Origin: Erysipelotrichaceae bacterium MTC7 | Lineage (GTDB): Bacteria > Bacillota_I > Bacilli_A > Erysipelotrichales > Erysipelotrichaceae | Reading direction: 5' to 3' | Assembly: GCA_001695645.1 (NCBI GenBank) | Contig: LVZN01000004.1 | Span: 1-32,000 of the forward strand | Length of the DNA: 32,000 nt | Shown: positions 24,905-32,000 of the stretch, one piece after another | Layout: every line of letters starts with the position of its first letter | Numbering within the stretch: position 1 is the first letter of the stretch | Notes under the pieces: model-generated | Told to the model about the DNA's origin: nothing | The model's database searches: none | The model's input: only the letters and a program-made list of their open reading frames with translations | Program-made: the position numbers and the translations under genes

Positions 24905-25975
24905 CTACCCAGTAATAACAACTTCTGAGAAATCAAGTTCTTCCTCTTCCTCATCCACGATAGGTGTTTCTACTGGAACTTTCTTTGTAATGACAAGAAT
25001 TGCCGCGGTTAGTACCGTTCCTGCTCCCAACGCGATTAAGAAACCAACTGGATTATCCATTGCTGGAACAATAAACATACCTCCACTAGGAACTGGAGAT
25101 CCCACACCCATCAACATAATTAGTGCGCCTCCTAACGCTCCACCAGCTGTACATGCTCCAATGACTCTAATTGGGTCATTTGCAGCAATTGGAATTACAC
25201 CTTCCGTAATCATGCAAATTCCCATTGGAAATGCAATTTTAATATTATCTGCTTCTTGCTTCGTGTATTTCTTTTTATTGATGATCCAAGCCAATGTCAC
25301 TCCAAATGGAGGAATCATTGATGCACAAATCTTACATGCTTCAGGTCCTAAGACACCTTCCAACAAGAGTCCATCCGCAAACAGCGAAGCAACCTTGTTC
25401 ACAGGGCCACCAAAGTCAAATGCAGCCATACCACCCATTACTGCACCAAAAATGAAACTTGAACCTCCTTGCAAGCCTCGTAACGTACTTGTTAACCAAT
25501 CGGATAACCAAACGATTGGTACACCAAGGACAAAGAACATTAATAGTCCAATTACTGTTGTAGAAACCATTGGAACAATCATCATTGGCATCAAACCTTC
25601 AGCCCATTTTGGAACTTTAATTGAAGCTTTCAACCAATTAATGAAATAACCGACTAAGTAACCACCAAGCATACCACCTAAGAAACCAGCACCAATTGAA
25701 TTCGCAATCAATCCCATGAATAACCCCGGCGCAATACCTGGTCGATCCGCAATAGAGTACGAAACTCCTGCTGCCATAACTGGAGCAATTAAACCCATTC
25801 CTAACACTCCTAACGAAACTAATGCGTCTGGAATACTATATGGAGCTTTATAATCACTAATGACACTTCCGTCTGTTAAGTTACCAATCGCAATCAATAA
25901 CCCCGCTGTCACAACAAGTGGTAACATGTATGAAATCGCTGTCAATGCATGTTTTTTTAATTGTAATTTTTTCAT
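24905..25975 (-). CDS. PTS fructose-family EIIC permease
   Basis: 356-aa polytopic membrane protein with typical Fru-family EIIC sequence (AFDFGGPVNK, PMGICMITEGVIP). The 251-aa plus-strand ORF 24894..25649 is its antisense shadow. Confidence 0.85.
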   Translation of the reverse strand: MKKLQLKKHALTAISYMLPLVVTAGLLIAIGNLTDGSVISDYKAPYSIPDALVSLGVLGMGLIAPVMAAGVSYSIADRPGIAPGLFMGLIANSIGAGFLGGMLGGYLVGYFINWLKASIKVPKWAEGLMPMMIVPMVSTTVIGLLMFFVLGVPIVWLSDWLTSTLRGLQGGSSFIFGAVMGGMAAFDFGGPVNKVASLFADGLLLEGVLGPEACKICASMIPPFGVTLAWIINKKKYTKQEADNIKIAFPMGICMITEGVIPIAANDPIRVIGACTAGGALGGALIMLMGVGSPVPSGGMFIVPAMDNPVGFLIALGAGTVLTAAILVITKKVPVETPIVDEEEEELDFSEVVITG

Positions 25976-25997
25976 ATCTTTCCCTCTCTTTAACCCA

Positions 25998-26309
25998 CTA
26001 TAAACCTAAATCTTGTTGAATCTTATTGATCAAACCTTTTGGTGATTTGATTACAACATGTGTAGGAACTTCAACAATTTTTTTTCCTTTAAATCTTTCT
26101 TTCCCACCAACTTTAATATCTGCTGCAATGATTACTACATCAGCATTTTTGATATCATCAAGTTGCAGTTCATCTTCTGTACCTATTGTCCCTTGTGTTT
26201 CTACATGGATTTCATGTCCAAGTGACTCTGCTGCTCGCAATAATTTTTCTTTTGCAATATACGTGTGAGCAATACCTGACGTACAAGCTGCAATACCTAC
26301 AATTTTCAT
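25998..26309 (-). CDS. PTS fructose-family EIIB component
   Basis: 103 aa with the phospho-Cys motif GIAACTSGIAHTY. Confidence 0.85.
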   Translation of the reverse strand: MKIVGIAACTSGIAHTYIAKEKLLRAAESLGHEIHVETQGTIGTEDELQLDDIKNADVVIIAADIKVGGKERFKGKKIVEVPTHVVIKSPKGLINKIQQDLGL

Positions 26310-26402
26310 ACACTTTTCCTCCTTGAACTCTTAACTGCTTATAACTTACCATTTAAATATTCACTAAAAATAACTTTGTAGGAAACTTTAATCTGGTAAC
26401 TT

Positions 26403-26855
26403 TTAAGCACTAAATATTTCCTTTAATTCCATGACATCTTTTGTTTCTAAAAGACGATTAACAATGTTATCATTACCTAGTTTCGTGGCAATTTCAGCAA
26501 GTAATTTCATATGATTTTTTGCATACTCATGATCGTTACTTACTGCAAACAAGAAAATTAATTTAACCCCGTTCCCATCAATTGTTTCCCATTCGACCTC
26601 GTTGTTGGTCTTACCAATGGCAATACCCACCTGTTTTACCGAATCACTCATCCCATGAGGAATCGCAATATAATTACCGATTCCCGTAATACCTAGTTCC
26701 TCACGCTTATAAATGTCCTCAACAAAGCTATCCACATCATCTATGTAGTTCGCCTCTTTCAAACGACCTGCAAGTTGCACAATCGCTTCTTTTTTATTCT
26801 TCACATCCATGGAAAGATCAATTGTTCTTTCATCTATTGCATCAATAACTTTCAT
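26403..26855 (-). CDS. PTS EIIA component, fructose/mannitol type (PTS_EIIA_2)
   Basis: 150 aa with the active-site His region GNYIAIPHGMS. Confidence 0.85.
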   Translation of the reverse strand: MKVIDAIDERTIDLSMDVKNKKEAIVQLAGRLKEANYIDDVDSFVEDIYKREELGITGIGNYIAIPHGMSDSVKQVGIAIGKTNNEVEWETIDGNGVKLIFLFAVSNDHEYAKNHMKLLAEIATKLGNDNIVNRLLETKDVMELKEIFSA

Positions 26856-26867
26856 TTCCTTTTCTCC

Positions 26868-28829
26868 TTAACTGATTAAATACTTATATAAATCTACATT
26901 CGATTTCATCGATTTTATTTTTTCGATTTTTTTGTTTTCATCTACCAACGATACATATTGTTTGTAAAACAACTGTGCCACATTCTTTTCTTGATCATTT
27001 CCCATCCGAATTGCCAACAAAAATACAATTTCTACTTCTTCACGATCCCAAAGAATTGGTTTATCTAAAACAGCTACGACAACTTTGGGTTCATTAACAT
27101 ATCGTTGATTTCCATGTGGAAGTGCAACTCCGTTTCCTATTTCCGTTGTTGTTGCTTGTTCCCTTTCAAGAACACTATTCTCAAAGCCACTTGCTACCAG
27201 TCCCTTTTGTAAGAGTCTTGCACACATTAGTTTCAATAATTCTTTTTTATCTTTCACGTTAATGCGTGTAAAAATCAATTCTGGTGAAAATAACTGGTGA
27301 CACTCGGAATCAAAAATGTGCGCTTTACCACTTTGGTTCATTTTGATCTCTTTAACCTTATTTGATATTTCATTGATCCAACCATCTCCAAGTAACTCTG
27401 GTATAAACAAGACTTGATTTGAAGTTGTATCCAACTCGCTGGTAGTCAAAATAATATCAAAGCCCTCATATCGATTGACGCGAAAGTCATGTGTCCCAGT
27501 GACTTTTATCTCTATGATTTCTGGAAATGCACGATTAATTTTTTGCATGGCCAGTTGTAGCATTGAGTTAGGCAGGTTTGAGACAATGAGTAATCGTGCA
27601 CTTAATTGCTTTCGTTCAATAGCTGCTTGAATATATAAGCAAATAAAGCCAAGTTCATCTTCAGTCATTTTAAAATTAAAATGTTTCTCGAATAAAACAC
27701 TTGTACTCCAAAGTTGCCTAAACAAATCTCTATATTCACTTTTAATATAATAAAGCATGGAGTTTGATGAAGATTTCCCATACTCCATTCTAAACAAAGT
27801 AGATCGTAGATGGTTCAACAAACCATTTCTCAAAATAAGGTCATCACTTAAATCTAAATCAATAATGGTCGAAATCATTATTAATAATTCATCTGTAAAA
27901 GCGACCAAACGCTCGTCAAATCTATTTAGTACACTTTCATCATCAAGGTCAACTTCATCACCAACAAACCTTGAACAGAGGATCTGAATAACTAAGAAGT
28001 CAATTTCTTCTTTTTTAAAACTCAATTGGAAGTCATTTTCTATTTTTTCAAAAATCGCTTTTGTAAAACTATATTCATGATACTTTTCTAAAGTTTTTGT
28101 ATTTACTTTATTCATTTTGAACGTACCACGATTGCATCTACTAATCGCAATACAAAAATATACGAGTATCTCATAAAATGAATCATCACTAAATTCGATT
28201 TTCCACTGTGACTCGCAATCAAGCATGATTCGTTTTACCTTTTCTAAACGTACTCCAGGCAATATATCCATAATATTTCTTTCGATTGCTATTTTTTGTG
28301 GATTTCGAACAATGACATTTCTTAATGCATTTCTGTAGTTTGACTCAGTAAAAATTATAATTAAACCATCGTTACGTGTGTTTTTTAGTTCAATGTTATA
28401 GTGCTCAAAAAACAGTTTGCAGTCCTGTATAACCTTAAGGACTGTAGGCACACTTAAGTAAAGATGATTGGATAATTTTGTAGTTGTAATAACTTCTTTC
28501 TTTCGGTTTTTAAAAATGTAACTTAATACCTCATACATACGCTCATCACGATTTGGAATAGTTAAGAGTTCTTCATTGTTATAAATAACTTGGCGTATCT
28601 TCGTACGTTGTACTTCATTGGCATCCAACCAATTTCCTATCCGAGGTTTTTTACATATTTTACCTAACTGATTATCAACTAGATAATTATTAATTTCTGC
28701 AATTTTTGTTCTTGTTGTTTTTTCAGATATTTTTACTGCTTTGGAAATGTCATCCGTCGTAACAATTTCATTCTCCAAAAAAAACTCTAAGATCTTTGTA
28801 AAATAATAATTCCTCTTTTGCTCTTTCAT
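26868..28829 (-). CDS. PRD domain-containing transcriptional regulator (HTH-HTH-PRD-PRD-EIIB-like-EIIA-like) with degenerate phosphorylation sites
   Basis: 653 aa. It aligns collinearly with the regulator at 12764..14788. One PRD2 His is kept (LLNHLRSTLFRMEYG), as is the EIIA-like His (GVALPHGN). Other conserved His/Cys positions are substituted (see findings). Confidence 0.8.
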   Translation of the reverse strand: MKEQKRNYYFTKILEFFLENEIVTTDDISKAVKISEKTTRTKIAEINNYLVDNQLGKICKKPRIGNWLDANEVQRTKIRQVIYNNEELLTIPNRDERMYEVLSYIFKNRKKEVITTTKLSNHLYLSVPTVLKVIQDCKLFFEHYNIELKNTRNDGLIIIFTESNYRNALRNVIVRNPQKIAIERNIMDILPGVRLEKVKRIMLDCESQWKIEFSDDSFYEILVYFCIAISRCNRGTFKMNKVNTKTLEKYHEYSFTKAIFEKIENDFQLSFKKEEIDFLVIQILCSRFVGDEVDLDDESVLNRFDERLVAFTDELLIMISTIIDLDLSDDLILRNGLLNHLRSTLFRMEYGKSSSNSMLYYIKSEYRDLFRQLWSTSVLFEKHFNFKMTEDELGFICLYIQAAIERKQLSARLLIVSNLPNSMLQLAMQKINRAFPEIIEIKVTGTHDFRVNRYEGFDIILTTSELDTTSNQVLFIPELLGDGWINEISNKVKEIKMNQSGKAHIFDSECHQLFSPELIFTRINVKDKKELLKLMCARLLQKGLVASGFENSVLEREQATTTEIGNGVALPHGNQRYVNEPKVVVAVLDKPILWDREEVEIVFLLAIRMGNDQEKNVAQLFYKQYVSLVDENKKIEKIKSMKSNVDLYKYLIS

Positions 28830-28883
28830 ATTTCCTCCGTGGTTTCACTATATCAATTTATGACAATGACAAATTAAATGATT

Positions 28884-28936
28884 TGGTAATTTTAATGTGG
28901 TAATTTTATCTCCATGTATTGAAATTTTACCACATT
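28884..28936. repeat. Direct and inverted repeats in the promoter region of the Fru-type PTS regulon
   Basis: TGGTAATTTTA occurs at 28884-28894 and 28898-28908 (14-nt period). AATGTGGTAA (28894-28903) is the perfect inverted repeat of TTACCACATT (28927-28936), separated by 23 nt. Confidence 0.85.
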
Positions 28937-28974
28937 GAAATACACAAAAAACTTATATAGTTATAGCAGAAACA

Positions 28975-29016
28975 TAAAAAAAGAAGATAATTACCATTTT
29001 AGTAATCTATCTTCTT
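28975..29016 (-). terminator. Terminator after the oxidoreductase/HAD gene pair
   Basis: Stem AAGAAGATA+ATTAC (28981-28994) pairs with GTAAT+c+TATCTTCTT (29002-29016). T7 follows on the minus strand. It lies about 100 nt downstream of the HAD stop. Confidence 0.65.
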
Positions 29017-29118
29017 TTCTCTCAATCTAATCAAAGTGATACGATATAGTCCTACTCTAAACTAAATCTTATTAGATATTCAATATTTCGTGATGTTTTC
29101 ATTATAAACATTAATTAT

Positions 29119-29781
29119 TTATATATCTAAGTAATCCAGCAGATCATCTAGTTTATCAAGAATTACACATGTCATTTCTTTGTCTTCGTTAGCTGGCAAT
29201 ATCAAGTCTGGTACCATTGCAACACTCATGCCTGCTAAAAATGCTGATTTTACCCCATGAATAGAATCCTCAATTGCTAAGCAGTCACAAGGATGTAAAT
29301 CCAGACGCTTAGCAGCAGTTTCATATATTTCTGGATGTGGTTTCCCAAACTGAACTTCATCACCACAACAAATCACTTCAAAGTATTCACATATTTTAGA
29401 TATTTCTAAATTCTCATGCGCTTGCTTCGACGTACTCGAAGTTGCTAGCGCAATCTTTATTCCATTATCTTTCAATGTTGATAGAATCTTTTTTAAATCG
29501 CCTTTTTGTGGAAGTCCATTCCTTTCGATATATTTTTTTTGAAAACTCATATGAAAGTTGAAAATATCTTTTGCTTTTGTTGGATGGCTTAGATATTTTC
29601 CTACCTGACTAATAATATCTTCTCTAGTATGTCCGATAAATGACATTTGCATTTCTCGACTTATGTTTGTTAAGAATTCTCGATTTGCTTCTTCCCACGC
29701 ATGTAGACATAAATTCTCCGTGTCAAATAACGTACCATCCATATCAAATATTAATGCTTTATACAGTCGTTGATTTGTCAT
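29119..29781 (-). CDS. HAD-IA family hydrolase (beta-phosphoglucomutase/sugar-phosphatase-like)
   Basis: 220 aa with motif I FDMDGTLFDTE, motif II ALATSS, and GKPHPEIY followed by IEDSIHG. Confidence 0.85.
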   Translation of the reverse strand: MTNQRLYKALIFDMDGTLFDTENLCLHAWEEANREFLTNISREMQMSFIGHTREDIISQVGKYLSHPTKAKDIFNFHMSFQKKYIERNGLPQKGDLKKILSTLKDNGIKIALATSSTSKQAHENLEISKICEYFEVICCGDEVQFGKPHPEIYETAAKRLDLHPCDCLAIEDSIHGVKSAFLAGMSVAMVPDLILPANEDKEMTCVILDKLDDLLDYLDI

Positions 29782-29797
29782 TATCTTTGCCTAAATA

Positions 29798-30814
29798 TTA
29801 TATTTCACTTAACTTAACAGCTCTGTGAGTGTCGAGACTTCTGTGTACTGCCTCAGCGATTCTTTCGGCCTGTAAGCCATCAAATGCATCTGCAACAAAA
29901 GGCTTCTCATTTAACAAACAGTAAACAAAGTCATTAATTGGCTCAATTCCAAACCCCATTGGACGTCCATTGCTTTCAAGAATAAAGTAAGAATTTGGTG
30001 TTTTGCATTTTTTATTATCAAATATCTCGACACCTCTGTTTTGCGAATCAGCTCTTAAAAGTCCATTTTCACATACAATTTGCGTTCTTCCATCATTGTT
30101 TTTTGCGAATCCTTTTGGAAATACCCATGAGTTTTCCACAGTCCAATGACATCCATTTTCAAATGTTAAAATAGCCTGTACCGAGTCATAAGTATCAATT
30201 CCTTTTGAAGAAAGTAAATCTTTATTACCTACCGCATAAACTTCTACAACCTCACATCCCATAAACCAACGAATTTGATCATAGCAATGTGTCCCCAAGA
30301 AATGAACAGGGCTTGATTTATGAGCCCAATTGAACCATTCTGTAGGTACATCAATAATGTCATCCATACTCATATAACCTCGAATTGGTTTTCCAACATT
30401 CGACAATTCATTTTTCAAGTTAATTGCCGCAGGATCCCAGCGCTTATGATAATCCACTGCAACACGTACATTGTGCTTTTTTGCTTCTTCTAAAATTTTC
30501 GTTGCATCTTCAATCGTTGTTGCTAATGGTTTTTCAACTAGAATTGGTTTTCCATGACGAATAGCTGTTAGCGATGGTTCGAGGTGAAATGCATCTGGTG
30601 TTGCAATAGATACGGCATCAATATCTTCATTATTTAACATTTCCTCTACATCCGCATAAGTTTTTACTCGATACTTTTCTTCAATGCTTTTTCTGATTTC
30701 ACTATCCAAATCACATACTGCGACAAGATCAGTATTTTCATTCCATAAATATGCATTAACATGATTTATTCCATATATCCCGGCTCCTACTACCGCGACT
30801 CTAAGTTTTTTCAT
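29798..30814 (-). CDS. Gfo/Idh/MocA family NAD(P)-dependent oxidoreductase
   Basis: 338 aa with the N-terminal Rossmann motif VAVVGAGIYG and the EKP motif (LVEKPLA). SD GGGAGG is upstream. Confidence 0.85.
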   Translation of the reverse strand: MKKLRVAVVGAGIYGINHVNAYLWNENTDLVAVCDLDSEIRKSIEEKYRVKTYADVEEMLNNEDIDAVSIATPDAFHLEPSLTAIRHGKPILVEKPLATTIEDATKILEEAKKHNVRVAVDYHKRWDPAAINLKNELSNVGKPIRGYMSMDDIIDVPTEWFNWAHKSSPVHFLGTHCYDQIRWFMGCEVVEVYAVGNKDLLSSKGIDTYDSVQAILTFENGCHWTVENSWVFPKGFAKNNDGRTQIVCENGLLRADSQNRGVEIFDNKKCKTPNSYFILESNGRPMGFGIEPINDFVYCLLNEKPFVADAFDGLQAERIAEAVHRSLDTHRAVKLSEI

Positions 30815-30907
30815 TTCGTTCCTCCCGATGATAAATTTAGTTCGTTATATCTTCACTTAGAAATATAAAGTTTGGCCAAAATACTTTACACAAGTATCAT
30901 ACATCAA

Positions 30908-30949
30908 ATGTAGTTTTATTACAAGATTAATTTGCTTTTTTGTAGTTTT
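30908..30949. repeat. 10-nt direct repeat TGTAGTTTTA x2 in the divergent intergenic region
   Basis: Identical copies at 30908-30917 and 30940-30949, 32 nt start to start. Confidence 0.8.
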
Positions 30950-31002
30950 ACTTCTAAATCCTAAAATTATCGCCTAAATAAGTGAATAAATATAAATATT
31001 AT

Positions 31003-31027
31003 GTTCATCTGTCATGAAGTTTAACTT
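31003..31027. promoter_or_regulatory. Overlapping inverted repeats (operator candidates) upstream of the third RpiR gene
   Basis: TTCAT-N5-ATGAA at 31003-31017, and the perfect 6-1-6 palindrome GAAGTT-T-AACTTC at 31015-31027. Confidence 0.3.
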
Positions 31028-31066
31028 CTTATTGAACCCTATATTTTGAAATTATAGTTCGCTTTG

Positions 31067-31096
31067 ATTGTTTTATCAGTTCACATACTATATAAT
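31067..31096 (+). promoter_or_regulatory. Candidate sigma-A promoter of the third RpiR gene
   Basis: TTGTTT (31067-31072), an 18-nt spacer, then consensus TATAAT (31091-31096). SD GGGGGA follows at 31105-31110 and the ATG at 31121. Confidence 0.45.
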
Positions 31097-31120
31097 GTGA
31101 AAAAGGGGGATTTTCATTTT

Positions 31121-31999
31121 ATGTCCGAAAATAATATTTTGAGCAAACTCGAATCCATGATGCCATTCTTTTCTAACACAGAAAAAAAACTTGGAAATTT
31201 TATTCTTGCTCAACCTCAAGAAATACTAAATATGTCGACAAGTGAAATTGCACAGCAAAGTCAAGTAAGTGAAGCAACCGTCATCCGTTTCACAAGGAAA
31301 CTAGGATTGAATGGATACACTGATTTTAAACTAACTCTTTCAGCGAATTTAAACAATTCAAATTTAAACCAATCTATAATTACTGATATGAGCGCTAAAG
31401 ACTCACCACTAGACATTTATAAAAAGTTATCTGCTTTTACAATCGCCTCAATCAAATCAACCGAAGAAACCCTAAATGATAAAGAACTAATCAATGCTGT
31501 TGAATTAATCCATTCGACACATAGAAATCAGGCTCGAATATACCTAACTGGAGTTGGTGCAAGTAGCACTTTAGCTATGCAAATGCAGGTTAAACTTATG
31601 CGACTTAATATGAACTCTACCTTTTTCGAAGACTCCCATTTGCAATTAGAGTCACTGACAAATATTACTGAAAATGATCTTCTAATATGCTTCACTACAC
31701 TCGGAAAGTCTATCCAGGCATATCAATATGTAGAAATCGCAAATAAAAAGAAGGCCAAAGTAATACTTATTACCCAATTTGGTAATCAGAAACTTTCAAG
31801 CAAAACAGATGTTACACTTTATATTTCAAGTATTGAAAACAACTTAAGATTGGCATCTCAAACAGCAATCACTGTTCAATCTATGGTTATTGATACATTA
31901 TTCTTAGCATTGGCACTGAAAGATCTAAATGGAATTACAAATGATGTTAAGATAACAAATGAGATTTTTAAAGATTTTGGTTACTATATGAATTCCTAA
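31121..31999 (+). CDS. MurR/RpiR family transcriptional regulator (HTH_6 + canonical SIS)
   Basis: The ORF track starts at 31064. I start at MSENNILSKLE (ATG 31121), which has an SD 10 nt upstream. HTH is TSEIAQQSQVSEATVIRFTRKLGLNGYTDFK. The SIS motif is IYLTGVGASSTLA. Confidence 0.85.
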   Translation: MSENNILSKLESMMPFFSNTEKKLGNFILAQPQEILNMSTSEIAQQSQVSEATVIRFTRKLGLNGYTDFKLTLSANLNNSNLNQSIITDMSAKDSPLDIYKKLSAFTIASIKSTEETLNDKELINAVELIHSTHRNQARIYLTGVGASSTLAMQMQVKLMRLNMNSTFFEDSHLQLESLTNITENDLLICFTTLGKSIQAYQYVEIANKKKAKVILITQFGNQKLSSKTDVTLYISSIENNLRLASQTAITVQSMVIDTLFLALALKDLNGITNDVKITNEIFKDFGYYMNS

Positions 32000-32000
32000 C

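Noticed and set aside
24894-25649. 251-aa plus-strand ORF (Ser/Pro/Thr/Ile-rich) antisense to the Fru-family EIIC gene.
   Set aside because: It lies entirely within a minus-strand gene with clear PTS EIIC character. The translation is low-complexity, has no SD and no recognisable domain, and is typical of a shadow ORF. The same reasoning applies to the other short antisense ORFs in the track, such as 721-1113, 3947-4432, 9120-9575, 9992-10324, 15401-15733 and 16439-16846.

Overview
Low-GC (roughly 37-38% by eye) Firmicutes/Bacillota-type chromosomal segment; the species cannot be identified from sequence alone. 30 of the 32 genes I call lie on the minus strand. The window is a dense carbohydrate-utilisation region. 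I see no CRISPR array, rRNA/tRNA, transposase/integrase, phage gene or recognisable defence system.

Gene content in coordinate order:
- UPF0210 (PFL-like/DUF711) plus UPF0237 ACT-domain pair.
- Two overlapping RpiR/MurR regulators.
- An alpha-glucoside PTS operon: EIICB, an unknown 4-5 TM protein, GH4 6-phospho-alpha-glucosidase, EIIA-Glc.
- An ascorbate-family (SgaT/UlaA-type) PTS EIIA-EIIC-EIIB operon fused to a split transketolase.
- deoC.
- An MtlR/LicR-type PRD activator.
- DUF3284 plus two tandem ROK kinases.
- A translationally coupled pepT-tex-SGNH trio.
- An orphan membrane-anchored low-complexity protein.
- A Cof phosphatase.
- A fructose-family PTS EIIA-EIIB-EIIC operon with its own PRD regulator and two tandem class II ketose-bisphosphate aldolases.
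- A Gfo/Idh/MocA oxidoreductase plus HAD-IA phosphatase pair, divergent from a third RpiR regulator.

The most interesting items are two uncharacterised PTS catabolic modules:
- The Ula-type PTS + split transketolase + deoC module. A near-identical TTGCACA-N4-TGTGCAA palindrome sits at the same distance upstream of both the PTS operon and deoC.
- The Fru-type PTS + two aldolases module, which has no kinase and whose PRD regulator has lost two canonical phosphorylation residues.

There are also several smaller oddities: an SGNH protein lacking the nucleophile Ser and coupled to tex, ROK kinases without the Cys zinc motif, and a leaderless-looking orphan gene. Nothing here is a clear-cut novel system, and all functional proposals are inferences from sequence reading without database searches.
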